A stretch of 62,252 nt of DNA, the filler included, from Sphacelaria rigidula (taxonomy: Eukaryota), in the NCBI GenBank assembly GCA_964200075.2. It is 6 parts of 6 records of this genome, joined end to end, with 100 filler letters (N's around TTAATTAATTAA, not from the genome) between each part and the next. Parts side by side here need not be neighbours in the genome. Positions count along the whole stretch, not along the records: positions 20,787 to 31,079 come from CAXNAA020006775.1; positions 31,180 to 41,472 come from CAXNAA020006776.1; 4 more parts are not named here. One strand, written 5' to 3'. Shown one piece after another: positions 24,753 through 37,751 of the stretch. Position numbers and translations under genes: made by a program. Position 1 is the first letter of the stretch; each line of letters begins with the position of its first letter. The notes below the pieces were generated by a model that saw nothing but the letters and a program-made list of their open reading frames with translations, had not been told where the DNA came from and made no database searches.

Positions 24753-27700
24753 CCAGTCTATCATGTAGAACTCGGATTTTTTGTCCTGAAGATTTCGATG
24801 TTTTAAAGAACCGGTCTGCTAATAATGATGAACCCAGTGGCCTGAGGGGTATATTTCATCACAAGTTGAATTATGTGAATTATGTGAAATTCTTTACCTT
24901 CGTGTGCTAGTATGGCTTCATGCGAATTGAGTGTCGTCAGCGATATTGCCGAGAAGTGGTGATCATGCGCAGGAGAGGGCGAACGTTCAGGGTACGTTTC
25001 TTTGACGCCACTACCGCCTCATGACATACTCAACGATGTGAATGCAAGAGGGTTTTCGAAATCACCGACACACGAAGATACCCGCATGAATACACCACAT
25101 ATGGAAGATACCCGATAAGAGATAAAATACGACGAGGAGGAGGGGTTTTGTAACTGGATCCGATTCACTGACTGTGCTGTGCTGCTTGATTCTCCACTGT
25201 TGTACAAGGACAAGGATTGTACTGTACTGTGGCTTGGCGGACAGTTCAAATCTGGCAAGGTGCAAATTCACGTGTACATTATTGCAGTACACACCCTTGA
25301 AGCTGGTTAAGGACGGAGTAGCAGCGGCAGCTGAGAGCTGCCGCTGCTGCCGCCCCTGCTGATTCTGCTTCTGTCGCCCCTGCTGCTGCATGATCGAATT
25401 TGATGTTGCAGTGCTTCGATCACTTTACGGTTCAACGACAGATGAGAGGTCGGACGGTATCTTGAGATCATGGATCTTGCCGAACTCTGCGTGGTGCACA
25501 TGCACAAGCCATCGTCTCGAACATATTTCGGAATAAAATACGCCACACGATTGCTACGACGGGTTAGCCATACGACATTGCATGAACCCCTCACATCGAA
25601 GGCATCCGACCCATCCGCAGCAGCGAGGGCACTTGAGACTTGTCCGTGTATGCACTGGGGCGCGAGCGTCGAGAGTGAATTTGGGCGGGTTGTACGGATT
25701 TCAGAACAAAAACTGGAACACAGCTGACCGCTCAGCCCCGGACTCGGCGGTGCGGCACTGAGGGTTACTTGACGGCAGTCCACTTGTCTGACGATCTGTG
25801 GCAGGTTCAGGTATGTGCCATCAGGAGAGTGGTGCAGTAGAGTCTGGTACGCAGAGTATGTTAGACATCCTGTGCATGCTGGTGCATCTATGAGATTGCT
25901 ACGTGTAAGATTGCACGAGTATATACTGCTTTCATGTCGGCTTTCTTCCAGGAGAGTTTGCGGTCACACACACGCAGGTCTTCTCGCGTTGGTAGGGCTC
26001 TGCTTGACGCACAACGTTACGGTATGTTGATCATGCCGCCCGGTAACTGTACCGTACTGTGTACACAAGATTCCGCTGTAGCAACACCACAGTGCCAGTT
26101 CAGTGCAGCATCTGTGCATGTAAGGTCCGTTGTGTAAGGAAGTGTGTTGAGCTATGATTTTGCGCTTAGGATACGGGAAGCGGGGTGTCCAAGATCAGGC
26201 ACGACTCAACTCGTCCTGATGTTAGCTTTCTTCGTATGTGTCCTCCCTGTCGACTGTACATCATCTAGTACACAGCATTATTATGACCCGCACTATACAG
26301 TCCTTCGCCCGGTCGTATCAGAGTGTAGCAGTCCCCGCCAAATCTGTGCCCCCACAAGATCTACCTGTACCAGGCTAGTTGTTTTCATCACAGCATCATT
26401 ACAGGGTAAGCTTTGTTCCAGGATGCTTTTGCGGTTGCCGGCTCGTGATATATACTTGTTGCACGCCATAACGGCGAATGCGGCGTGGAATGAATAACGC
26501 CGACGTGAAAGTACGATTATTGTCATTGTGGTCTTCTAGGCATGCGCTACAGCCGCTAGTGCACCGCATGCAGCAATTGTAAGTTGAAATCATACCTGGT
26601 CAGTTGTACACTCTGTAGAGCTCTATTCGTTTATACTGACTGTCGTTGTAGTTGTTGGCTTGTGCGGTAATAGCCGAGCGCGCGAACATGCGTCTTGCGT
26701 TTTGCACTACCAGCCAACGAACATGATGGTGCTGCATCACTGATTCAGTACTGTAGCTGTAAACACTATTGTTGCTAACAGTGCGAGTACATGTCAACGT
26801 TGGTCAATATGTCGGCATATCTACGCTGACATCGAGCAATACTAGCGGGCGAGCTCACCCTATGTGCGTCATCAAGCTACAAATGCCGAGAAAATTCAGG
26901 TGAAGAAACACACATCCTCCCTTCCGCCCCTGGACAGGCAGCTTTCTTTCGGAGGTTTTGGTTTTCATGCCGACCCACTGGGATAAGCTACGACGAAAAA
27001 GCAGCCGGATTGGACGGACGAGGCCTTTCGAGTACCGAAGGCTCCTGAAGTCCCACACAACGGTATGCGTGACGTTTTCGTTTGATGCATGTTGGCAGTT
27101 GTGGTGGTGTGCTGTACCTCACATGGGCTGGGTCGACTTGCTCATGCCTGTGCAGTCGTCGAGGAGACGCAATTCCGGACAGATGCCAATTGTAACAGCA
27201 TTTCGCAGGGGTACGTTCATGCGCGTTGGGTCGCCAAAATTCATGGACGACACCTCCCTATTTTATATTGAACCGTGACCCGAGTCCTAACAGCCCCAAT
27301 GATCTCAAACACATCCGGGGCGGGGAAACAGGTTTAGACAATTTCTTCAGGTAGGGCATGCGCCGACAGGGCACAAACCGCCGCTACGGCGTCGTTTTGC
27401 GCAAAAACGCGTCGTGCGCTCGTTGCCGAGCACCGGGGACTGTCAGCCTCCCAAAGATCCGGATAATATCATCTTATGCGCATTCTAATGTCATGCTCTC
27501 TGAACCCCTCCCCTTCCCCGGAACGAGGCCGTGGTCTCAAGGTATCAATAACTCATCTCTTCGCCGTAACACGCCTTGCATTTTGATTCTGTAGATTGGA
27601 TCAGCACTGCCGCACGGCGTCAACTCTTGCCCAACAAACTTAGCTAATTACCTTTCGTCTACTCAACAAAAGCCCTCACGCCTCCGATTATGGAAATCAG

Positions 27701-30700
27701 ATCCTTTGAGGAAAAAACAAACAAACTATTACGAGCATCGAGAATCGAAACACATACATTCTCTCTCCCCTAAACCAAATAATGCTGACACAGTACAGTC
27801 GGATCACGCCGACTCCCCTTACACAAACTCAGTCGACAACCTTCTTTTGTTTACTCTCATGTCCACGCTTTCGACAGCGGGAATCAGATAGTTGGAAGGA
27901 AAAGACCAAATGCAGATTCGTGCGGAATCGAAGCCGCACTTTCTCTGAACCCTAGTAAGGAATGGTGACAGTCATCGGACCATTAGACCACCTAAATCGC
28001 AAGGGACCGAGTTCGGTCAACCATTGATTTCGGCCACCAACTCGCGTCATCAACGTGAGAAATAATAATAATTGATATCGTATTCTTTTTTAGGCGGCGG
28101 GTATTTTTTTGTACCACCCGACCACAAAATTGCGATTTTGCTTTTTATTCGTGGTATTTGAATCATTCTTCCGTCTGTACTACGCGTGTCTGCCAGTTTG
28201 ATAACATCGATGAAGTGCCGGCTGATCCCTGCTCATTATGATCCACGTACTGTGATGCGCAATACATGACTGTTCGCCGGTCGTATTTTTGGCTTTCGAA
28301 TGAGCAAGAACCCTCCTGGCAACCATATTCCTTCCCCACTACAGTCGAAAGGGCGTGTACCACCTGTCCTGGGAGTCGTGTACCCCCATAACCTTCAATT
28401 AATAAAACGGCGGGCAGGCAAGGCGGGGGCTGTGCGTTATTTTGCAGACGTATCGCCGTTGCTATAATTCACCATGAGGAAAATAAACAGATGTCTGGGT
28501 GGCAAGAGGCCCCACCAAGTGCAGGTTAGGGGCCATACCCCCGCCCCCCTCGGACGTTGTCGAAAAAAAAAGAAGACGAGGACATGGACCCCATCATTCT
28601 TCCTGATTTTCCACAGGTTGACACGGTTGGATAAGGCCGGAACCACACAGCAAAGGATTGCCGATATGTGAGCAGCTCAAACCCTAGAAGTTTTGGTGTC
28701 TCCGCCGTGTTGCGGGAGGGGGTTCGGGCCCCGACAGCACTTTGGTTCAAGGTCGCACTCACCATAGAAACGCCAATATTTCCACTTTTGGATTATGACG
28801 CTTATATTATATTGCCTCCATTCCCAGCTATCACGTGAGCTCAGTGTGGGATTTAATTACTTGAGCTCAGGGTGGTACCAACTATACTTGGTTGGTTCAC
28901 GCAAAGGCCACAACTGCTTTGTTTGGTTCCAGCGTGTCATGAGCACCCCTTCGTCCTGCTGTGTTCCATAATTCCTTGGGTTTTGTATGGTCAATAGAAT
29001 CAAATTTGGTGCCAGGAGAGTCAATCAACAACTTTGTTCCAGTGGGACCAAAAATCACTCGGTTTTGGTGTGATCGTCAATCACCCATTCCGTCGTCATC
29101 TCCTCGGCTTGAGGCTTGGGCTGCCGCATTGTACCCCGTATAATGTCCTGACACTGTACATCACCTATCATCGCCAATTCCCACGGTATCTAGGGAGTAT
29201 CCACCATTGGAAACAGGAATACCCTCCCCCTACTAGCCTCACTCAAAGCGATCTTTCGATGGATTTGGTTGTTGTTGTAGCTCCTAACCTGCAGTTCGTA
29301 GGGCGTGCGCTTGGTCTGTCAGAAAATCCATGGGGCTGGGAAACATTGAGAGAACTTTGTACTTCGCCCCCAACAGAACGAGTTATGACGACTGGGTGCT
29401 GCCTGGACTGTGTGAGAAATCCACATTTGCCGACAAGCAGCTGTGAAAAATCTCTACTTCCGTAGAAATAGCTTCGACGAATTCCTTTGCCATCACTTCC
29501 AGGAGCCTCACCTCCTCCCCCCCCTCCCAACCCGATATTTTGGGGCAAACTGAAGACTTGTCACAGTTGTGCCAAGGCGCACTGCAGACATACTCAAGCC
29601 CAGTCAGCGCCCACGTCACCTCAATATTTCACTTTCGGGGCAAAATGCCGAATTCTCCAAGTTTTTTAGACGCCAGATAAGAGCCCGTATTTCATATAGG
29701 CTCTTCACATTTACAGCCCAGGCATCTTTTTTCCCGCGAAAAACGGTGAATGCAGGTGTAAATGTGGCGGAGAACCGCGCAGTGCCATACGAAGCATCAA
29801 TCCACCGCCCCTGGCTTTTTCTAGGTCTGCAGCACAGTAGGCTGTGGCCCCTGAAGAACCTCCCCCGACGTGCCTTGTTTAACCCATGGAATCGGCTTGC
29901 GAGGAGGGGGCGGGGGGAACGTGACCTTGCGAAAAGATCAAGAGTGGCGTGCACCTCTGCCCTAGCAAGAACTTTGGCTTGTAGTCACTAGGGCCTGTCT
30001 CACCGCATTATTTTTCTATCGCAATTGTGCGGTGGAAAAGGAAAACTCTGATCTGATAGGTCATTATGCCAACTACTGTAATTATCGTACTTGATTCTGA
30101 AAATGATTGAAATCACGACCTACTACCGGATCAGAAATTTTGTTTTCCGCCACATTTTTTCGATCCAAAAATAATGCGCTAAAAACGCAGCCTTACTGCA
30201 CAGGCCATACCTTATCGAGGCAAGGAAAAAAAGCGGGAAGAGGGAAGAAAGAATGAGCAATGCTACGGTAGGTGTGCGTTTTTTTCTTGGGGCTCGGCTG
30301 TAGAAGCCCGTCGATGACAAATATATGGGCCTTAGTGTGCAGCCACTGGACACTTTTGGACTGGCTGAGAAGTGCACCCCTACTACCGTGACATGACTCG
30401 AATGCAGTTTGCCGGCCCACAAGAAGCGCCTTGGGTCCCGACAGATATTCACAACACTGGCTTCTTGGTGGGCAGAGCAGTGATGATTTTCCGTACCGGA
30501 CGCAGTCGGAAACAGGTATGGAAATCTCGACGGGCGTGACAGAAGCACGTTATACCTTCACAACACAGCCCGAAAAACGCGCCTGCGCAGATATTTCATT
30601 GCATGAGAGCGTCGCGACTGGCGCCAGCTCTTGCTAATCTATAGACGGTGCTCTTTGTCCAACGGCAATCCGCTGGTTGTTGGAAGAGGGCCGGCCGTGT

Positions 30701-30793
30701 TTGTGCAGCAAATCCTTGCTCGAGATGGGAGTCGTTCGCGTCTGTTGTGTGTGTGTGTGTGTGTGTGTTTGTGTGTGATTTCCTTCGTGTAGT

Positions 30794-31079
30794 GATGCGC
30801 CCCGGTGGCTCAGTTGGTAACCTCGAAACCTTCCGACGGTTGGTTCGTGGTTTCAAATCTCGGAGCGATCCGAGATTTTTTCTCACACCATGCCCAACAG
30901 TGGAGAGCAGCGATGTCGTGGGTACACAAAATTCGAGTCACCGTTCGACGAGGGAAAGGGACTGCTGAACCCCTCTCGCGATAAAACATGGAGACAAGCA
31001 CCGCAGAAGGAAGTTAGGGTACTCAAAAAAAAAAAAAAACTGTGTTGAACTTCCTCCTGTGTGACCCCGCCTGATGCAC
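30794..31079 (+). mobile_element. tRNA-derived SINE, 3' end cut by contig end
   Basis: A box GGTGGCTCAGTTGGT at 30804, B-box-like GGTTTCAAATCTC at 30849; body matches 16277-16630. Confidence 0.8.
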
Positions 31080-31179
31080 NNNNNNNNNNNNNNNNNNNNN
31101 NNNNNNNNNNNNNNNNNNNNNNNTTAATTAATTAANNNNNNNNNNNNNNNNNNNNNNNNNNNNNNNNNNNNNNNNNNNN
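31080..31179. other. Artificial contig linker
   Basis: N44-TTAATTAATTAA-N44. Confidence 0.99.
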
Positions 31180-33102
31180 AATGGGGCTCCGGTGCCATGT
31201 GGCTTCAGCAAAAGTGGGCTGACGACTTTATGCTGTCTTCTGTGTCGCCTTGACGCAGTATAGTTGACCATTGGGGAGGATAAGTTGATCCATCTTGATA
31301 TTATTGTGAACACCGAAATCCGGATCTTTTCATGGGAGCTGTGCCTCTACCATTCTCTGTGGCTTTCTTTTCTCCGTAAGTTCAGAGTTTGTCCACACTT
31401 GCCGCCAGGTGAGATGAGATACAAAGCTACGCTATCGACGGTGGCGTGGTGATGGCACCGAGTGCAGGAGAACGAGAGCTACTCTTGCCACTATCACAAG
31501 CGATGCACAGATGTGGGGGTAAATATCCGCACACGCGGAAGCCTCTAGGGGCTTGGTCAAAGGTTCAATTCTACACCTACCTGCCGAACATTCCACACAT
31601 GTGATGTATCAACCATCTGCAGTATCAAGAGTCATCCATGAGTGTAATCTATTCTGAGGCCGTCGGACAGGGGTGACGTGTTCGCATGTCGTGAAAACCG
31701 GCGAGGGTTGGAGGTGCTCTATTGCGCCCGTAGCCCAAACGGTTGCCCTAATTACTCATCGTCAAGGCCATCGATTGGGATGCAATTTTTTGCATCATTT
31801 GCGCCAAGACGGCAGCTAAAAACTCGGTAAACACATTTGTTTATCTCATCGGGATTCGAGTTTTATAACAAATTAAGTGAAAAAAACATGGGTTTTTTGC
31901 GATTTCCTCGATGACCACAACTCCTTTGGTTCTATCCTCTTTCCAGATTGTAGCTTGGACACATACACGCTGGTGAGTAGCCTAGGTACGCCGTGGTTTG
32001 TAGCCCGAGACGACGAAAATGGGAAATCGTCAAGTGGAAACCCCACTCAAATCACAAGTACTTGGGGGGATTTCACGGCGTGTATAATCAGGGGATGAAC
32101 GAGATCTGCGGTCTGTTCGTGCTTTTGGTCGGTGACACTTTTTTGTCTCATTTTGGGGGGTCAGGCGCACCCATAACAGTATGGAGAGTGCAGCAAAAGA
32201 GGAGCCGTAGGGCACCTCCGACATTTAGTCGCGTCTTGCCTGTCCCTGGCGTCGCCGTCACTTGTCGAAGGACCACTTTTATCCCTGACAAATATATATA
32301 TATATATATATATTTACACACGAGAGTTTCTGCGGCTTCGTCGCCACGATCAGTGGATCGACAGCCAAGGTACATGATCCCCAGTGGTAGCTGTGTGCGT
32401 GCGTAATGACAAAGGGCATTATACGTAGTTTGGAGAAGAAGCCGCAGCAGCTCATGGGCTGAGCACAGTAGAAAACCTGGATCATGGATATACTTTTTCA
32501 GTGAAGTTGATGACACTTCAACAGATGACCTACATTTCTCACCGTCAAAGGGTTGATGAACCGGCAGGAAGACTTTGTCGTGTTTTCTGATTGTTTTATG
32601 AGCATGATGCCGGTTCGATTTCAACAAAAATAAGTTGTTTGTTTCGTCTTCAGCCCGAGGAGCAACATGTATAATGAGCACGTACCAAGGGTTAACACAA
32701 GGCATCACAATCAAAAGTGAACCTGAGGAACTGACCGCCCCCGCAAACCAAGAACCCATATAGTGGCAACGAATTTGACCATTTGACCGACATGATAGGT
32801 TATCTGTTTTCAATCGGCATCTGTTACTCGGACTTCACAAATTACAGCGTGGTCGGATTCACCCTTTTGGGACCGGATTTTCCAGAAAACAGTGATTTGC
32901 ACGCAGGGGCCTTTGCATGAATCGACATCATTTTTAATCGTTTCCAACTAACAATGTTGCCGATTGATGCAAACGCCCCTGCGTGCAAACCACATGTTTC
33001 TTGGATTCTAGTCCCAAAGGGGTTCAAACAGTACAAATGAAGTGAAGTCGAGACCATGCGATATTCATGCATGATAGTCGTGTGCGTTACGTGTAACACA
33101 GA

Positions 33103-33350
33103 AGGAGGTCAACACAGGAATTCCTGTGGTGGTCGCCTTACTTTTTCATCGCCAGAGGGGTTCAGCGATCCCTTTCGCTCGTCGACCGTGAAGCCGAATT
33201 TTGTCTTCTCACGACATACAGTAGTCGCCGTCCATTGTTGAACATGGTGTGAGATAAAATTCCAGATCGTGTGACTGCACTGAAATTCGAATGGACGACC
33301 CAACCGCCATGAGGTTTGGGGGTTACCAACTGAGCCACCAGAGCGACCGT
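33103..33350 (-). mobile_element. Diverged tRNA-derived SINE copy
   Basis: GTCGACCGTGAAG.CGAATTTTGT...CATGGTGTGAGA...GGTTACCAACTGAGCCACC. Confidence 0.75.
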
Positions 33351-33675
33351 CTGCCGACTAAAATATGAAGAATGGAAGCCGGCGCCTCATGACGAAAAGA
33401 ACGCATGTATGGCAGAGCAGAAGAAGCAGCGACAACAACAGCAGTCCAGAGACAGGAAAAGGGAAATACAGTCGAGACGATGCGACATGCGGGCAAGATC
33501 ACAACATGCTCCCCGTGTGCGCCGAGATTGGACGGAGGGTCGTTCCGCACAGCCCATCCAACTGAGCATGATTCCGATTCAATTTTCAAGTGAAAACGAT
33601 ACCGGTTCCACGAAGGAATGCGGGGCCTGCATACGTGAAGAGGTGGCATCTCCGACGATCAAAGGGTCACAAAGA

Positions 33676-34080
33676 GACCCCGTTTCGCCGTATTCTAAAA
33701 GCGAGTAAAAAAAATGCACCTATCTCAGAGCTTCTGGGAACGATTCTGACAGAAAAGGTAGATAACGGCGGAACGATCGAAAGGCCTGTGTGCGGTGTGA
33801 GATGAACGCACGAAGGTTCTACCGCCACGGCGAGGAAAAAATGGCGTAGAACACCATGCAGAACACTGCCGGGGGGAGCGATGCTCCCGAAACCTTCTGA
33901 AGGGGAATAATGTAATGCCGCCTTGTCGGAGCTCGAGAGAACGAAATGACCCCGTTTCGCTGTACGCTAAAATCAAGTAAGAGAAAATCCTGGCCTCTCA
34001 GAGCTCCTGGGAAAGACGGAATGACCCCGTTTCGCCATAGTCTAAAAGCAAGTGAAGAAGTGCACCTGTCTGCAGGGCTC
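33676..34080 (+). repeat. Three copies of a unit of about 75 bp (33676, 33948, 34023)
   Basis: GACCCCGTTTCGC.....CTAAAA.C.AGT.A...CAG.GCT reiterated. Confidence 0.8.
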
Positions 34081-34252
34081 GCCAAACAACAAAGAAGGTG
34101 AAATGTATATCTGCTATACCCACATCCCTCTTCCCTCTAGTATTTCTAGGTGAGTCATTATTCAGTACCGACAAACGGTCACCGCTTCTTGTCGCCCGAT
34201 AAACGATTCATCCTTCTATCCGTCTTCCTTGTTTTCTTGTTACTAAACATAG

Positions 34253-34582
34253 GTGAAGCGCATGCCCTACGGCGAATTGGGCAACGTACACGAAATGAAC
34301 GTCTGCTGTTGCGTGGCTTTCAGCTCTAACCTGTCGAAGGGCTCGGGAGGGGGGGAAGGTAGCTCGGCCATTATTCCTGGAAACTGCTGCGAGAAAACCC
34401 TGGTTAACGAAATCGTCCGAGAGCTGAAGGCTAGAATGAAAAATCGGGGAGATACGGGTCAGATCAGGAGGGCGGAAGAGAATGCCCGCCAGCTGAAGCA
34501 CCTGCACGCGAAGATGGACGCCGTGATGACCCACCTCAACATACCGCCCGTTGCTGCCCCGATGGAAATAGAGGATCGCTGA
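34253..34582 (+). CDS. Terminal exon of a Cys-rich hypothetical protein with a C-terminal coiled coil
   Basis: Polypyrimidine tract and catag acceptor. VKRMPYGELGNVHEMNVCCCV...PGNCCEKTLVNEIVRELKARMKNRGDTGQIRRAEE...*; coding-like composition. Confidence 0.75.
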   Translation: MKRMPYGELGNVHEMNVCCCVAFSSNLSKGSGGGEGSSAIIPGNCCEKTLVNEIVRELKARMKNRGDTGQIRRAEENARQLKHLHAKMDAVMTHLNIPPVAAPMEIEDR

Positions 34583-35273
34583 TGGACCCATCTCCACGTT
34601 AACCCCCAGACGGCGGGAGTAGGTCATCTGTTGAATCGACATCAATTCCACTTGAAAACAGTAGGCATGATCCAGATGGACTACCCTCGCGGTCTAAGGG
34701 TTGAGGGTGACGACCCCAAAAAATCGTTGAAAAAACACAACACTTCCTCATGTTGGTGATTCCACACCCTGTAATTCTTTTAATGTAGTTGCTGCTCTCT
34801 ACTCTTTTGTTGGCAACTGATTGTACTTGTTTTGTAGCACCCGCATTAAGAGAACTACAGGGCATGGATCCCCAGATTATGATGAATGATTTCCTCGACG
34901 GACAGTTGTAGGAGATTTCCCCTTCCATGCGGCAGTGTACACATCACACCCCTCCCTCCTCGTATTGTCTTTGAGGAGAAGAGGCTTGTACAGGTAACGG
35001 TTTTCGTCGGCCAGCGGTGAGGACAGTTATGCCCCGTTTTTGTTCACGTGTCGTTTGCATGTGTTGTTGGACTGCCAAGTCATCAATATCCGCGGAAAAC
35101 GTTCTCGTGAGTTTGTAAACTCTGTTCGCTAGCTGTATGTCCGCCAGCTCTTCCTTGTCCCCCACCAATTTCACGACTTTATTTTTCCCCGCTTCACTTT
35201 GGGAATCCGTTGTTTTGTGACGTGAAAGCCGAGTAAAGGCCTGTACGAAGAACCGGATTTCACTCAACCTCTC

Positions 35274-35386
35274 CCCCTTCCTGGTCGGGTGAAAACCCGG
35301 CGTGCTCCGTCGTGGCTCTGTTGGGATGCGAGGTCAATGGTCTGATGACTACGGCATGCAAGATCATGACTACACCCCCTCCCCCC
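35274..35386 (+). mobile_element. Family B short copy (about 110 bp) between C tracts
   Basis: CCTGGTCGGGTGAAAACCCGGCGTGCTCCGTC...GCAAGATCATGACTACACCCCC. Confidence 0.8.
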
Positions 35387-37207
35387 GAGAGGAACTCTAC
35401 TGTGGTGGCGAAATTCGCCACAGTATGTTGGTCCCGGTTTCTTTGAAGATTCATTGGCGCATAAGCGGATTCACCGACTGCATTTTGGCCGCATGAATCC
35501 CACGGAGAAGTGCTCATTGGTACGGTACAGTCAAGAATTCTTGGATTTACATTGAGAGTGAACGTTATACCTTCAATTTGCGGTCCAGCTCGGTGCAAAA
35601 ACAATTTTGGGGCACATGATTCTTCACGCGTTTCTCTCGACGGCTCTGTTAATTCATGGGGGAGGGGGGAAGAGAGTTTGATCAAATTTGTCTCGATTCG
35701 TTTGATATACCTTTGGGTCGAAGGTGTGATGTTGGCAAATTGTATCTCAATGTGTATCTTTCTTGCAATTCATATATATATTTATATATTTATATCTATA
35801 AGGGCATTTTCTCGTGTTTTTTGCGGTATATTGAGAGAGGAAAAACGTTTGGGAAAGCTGCAGCAGCGCATCATCCACGGGACGATTTCAAATCCATATC
35901 TTTCATTTTTGATGCCATAATCTGCTTGAACACTCTTCAAGTCTTTCTCGTATATTCGCTGCGAAGACACACTTTCCTTATACAAAGTACATATATTTTT
36001 TCACCATTTTTTGTTGTTGTTATTGTTTGTTTCCCGTGGTCCAGTCGAGGTGGTAGTATAAACTCTGTATTTGCTCCGACGGCGTTTCCTTACATTTTTT
36101 TCCCGTTTTGTTTTTATTCGTCCTTTGTCCAGTCGAGTTGGTGTTGTCCTTTGGGGTTCCCGCGACGGCTATTCCTTGTGTGCGTTTTCATCCCCTTTTT
36201 CCTTCCATCCTGGATCATTCCAGTTGGTTCTTCGTTCGGGTTCGCGGCGATGGTGCTATCTCGTTTTACATTCGCCCTCGTTTTTTGTCCTTGATCCGCT
36301 CGAGTTAATTTCCCTTGCGGCTTGTTTCTCTCGGGGGCGCGGATGCTCCAAGCGAGACGGAACTTTCAAAATCATTGTCTTTTCTGACGAGATGTCGACG
36401 GTCTGATTCGAGTTGTTTTTTTTTGTGATTTTTTGCCTGCTATTATTTTCACAGCTGCCCAAAATTAGTTGAGAATCACCTTTTTTGTTTTTGCGGATAG
36501 CACGGCGAACCCGTTTGATGGGGGTAAGTACTTGTGTTGTGTTGTGCTGTGTTGTATTGTTTTGTTGTTCGGATCGTTGCGTGAGAAGTGTGCTCGGTTG
36601 GAGCAGTACTCGTTTGCTGGATGAAGCCTCAATACTAGGTATTGATTCTCACGTGGTTGTCCTGTACTGAACAGGGTGTTGAGCAAAAGCCAGATATTCG
36701 ATAAGATCAGTTATTTTTTTCTTTCGTGACTTTTCTCTTGATCCCTTCTTCTGTTGTTGTCTTGTGGCTGGTTTGTCAATTTGAGCGAGTGGCTTGCTCT
36801 CGAAATCTGGATATCTTATTTGGCCCGCTGTGATATTGAAGACTGTGATTTCCAGGTTGAGAGAAGATCCCGAAATATAAATATTTGATGGATATCTGGG
36901 TTAGACAGACATGCCATACATTTTTGTTTCTCCCGGTTCAGACTCATTTTTGAGCGCCGCAGTTGGTTTGCGACTTGTGTTGCTCTCTGGGATTGGACAT
37001 TCGGCGAGAATTCGCCAGGTCGTGCTTCGTATGTATATTCCTCTGTAGTACCTGCTGTTGCAGGGTGACGGGTCCTTCCCCGGCTCCCGCCGGGTGTAAA
37101 AAAAACGATGACACAGTTTTTTCGAGCCTTGGGGAAAATCGCCGACAGGCAGTTTACTTCGAATTCAATTTCCAAGGGCAGGTCGAGTAGACTATATGTA
37201 CTTTTGA

Positions 37208-37510
37208 ATACTCGGGTACAATACCCGAGTATCTACTCTACTCAAACTTTGGGTAGATTAAGTACGACACCAAAATATTCCACTCGAATGTTTGGTAGAT
37301 TGGGGACGGCCTCGAATGCTCTACTCAAAGTACGACATCGAGTACTCTACTCAAATATTGGGTAAGTATGCCCAGCAATACTTGGGTATAGAGTATGGCT
37401 TCGGTGTGACTTCAATACTCTACTCAAATAATGGATGGATTGAGTATGACCGACCTCAAATACTCTACTCAAATATTGGGTTAGCATTCCCAGTAATATT
37501 CAGGTATAGA
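37208..37510. repeat. Degenerate quasi-palindromic minisatellite (TACTCTACTCAAA core, period about 42 bp)
   Basis: Cores at 37234, 37276, 37317, 37343, 37416 and 37461; hairpin ATACTCGGGTA-CAA-TACCCGAGTAT at 37208-37232. Confidence 0.75.
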
Positions 37511-37751
37511 TTTTCAGTTGGGTATTATGAGTAAGCGTGACTGTCGGCGACTTCGTAACGTCACTCCACAGACTGTGTTGAATATATGGGTGAACGATGG
37601 CTATCAATGAGATGAATGACGTTACGTCACGGGTTGCAATGAGTATGAGCGAATGGTGGCCATAAAATAACAAAAAAAACGTGCAGGTGAAAAAACCTTC
37701 CTGCCCCGGCTCACCTGCCCACACCCATGGTATATTGCAGCGGATCCTAGT

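Noticed and set aside
25300-29600. Possible decayed gene or DNA transposase in contig 3
   Set aside because: Some splice-like signals, but all frames are interrupted and no motif could be identified.
30794-30870. Functional tRNA gene
   Set aside because: A box present, but the B box and arms are degenerate and it continues into a multi-copy SINE body.
34600-37175. Decayed LINE ORF2 on the minus strand (DDLAV, RITGC-like peptides)
   Set aside because: Hints are too weak and partly out of order to support a feature; needs a tBLASTn or HMM check.
37208-37510. CRISPR array
   Set aside because: Repeats are degenerate, spacing is irregular, linkers resemble each other, there are no cas genes, and the context is eukaryotic.
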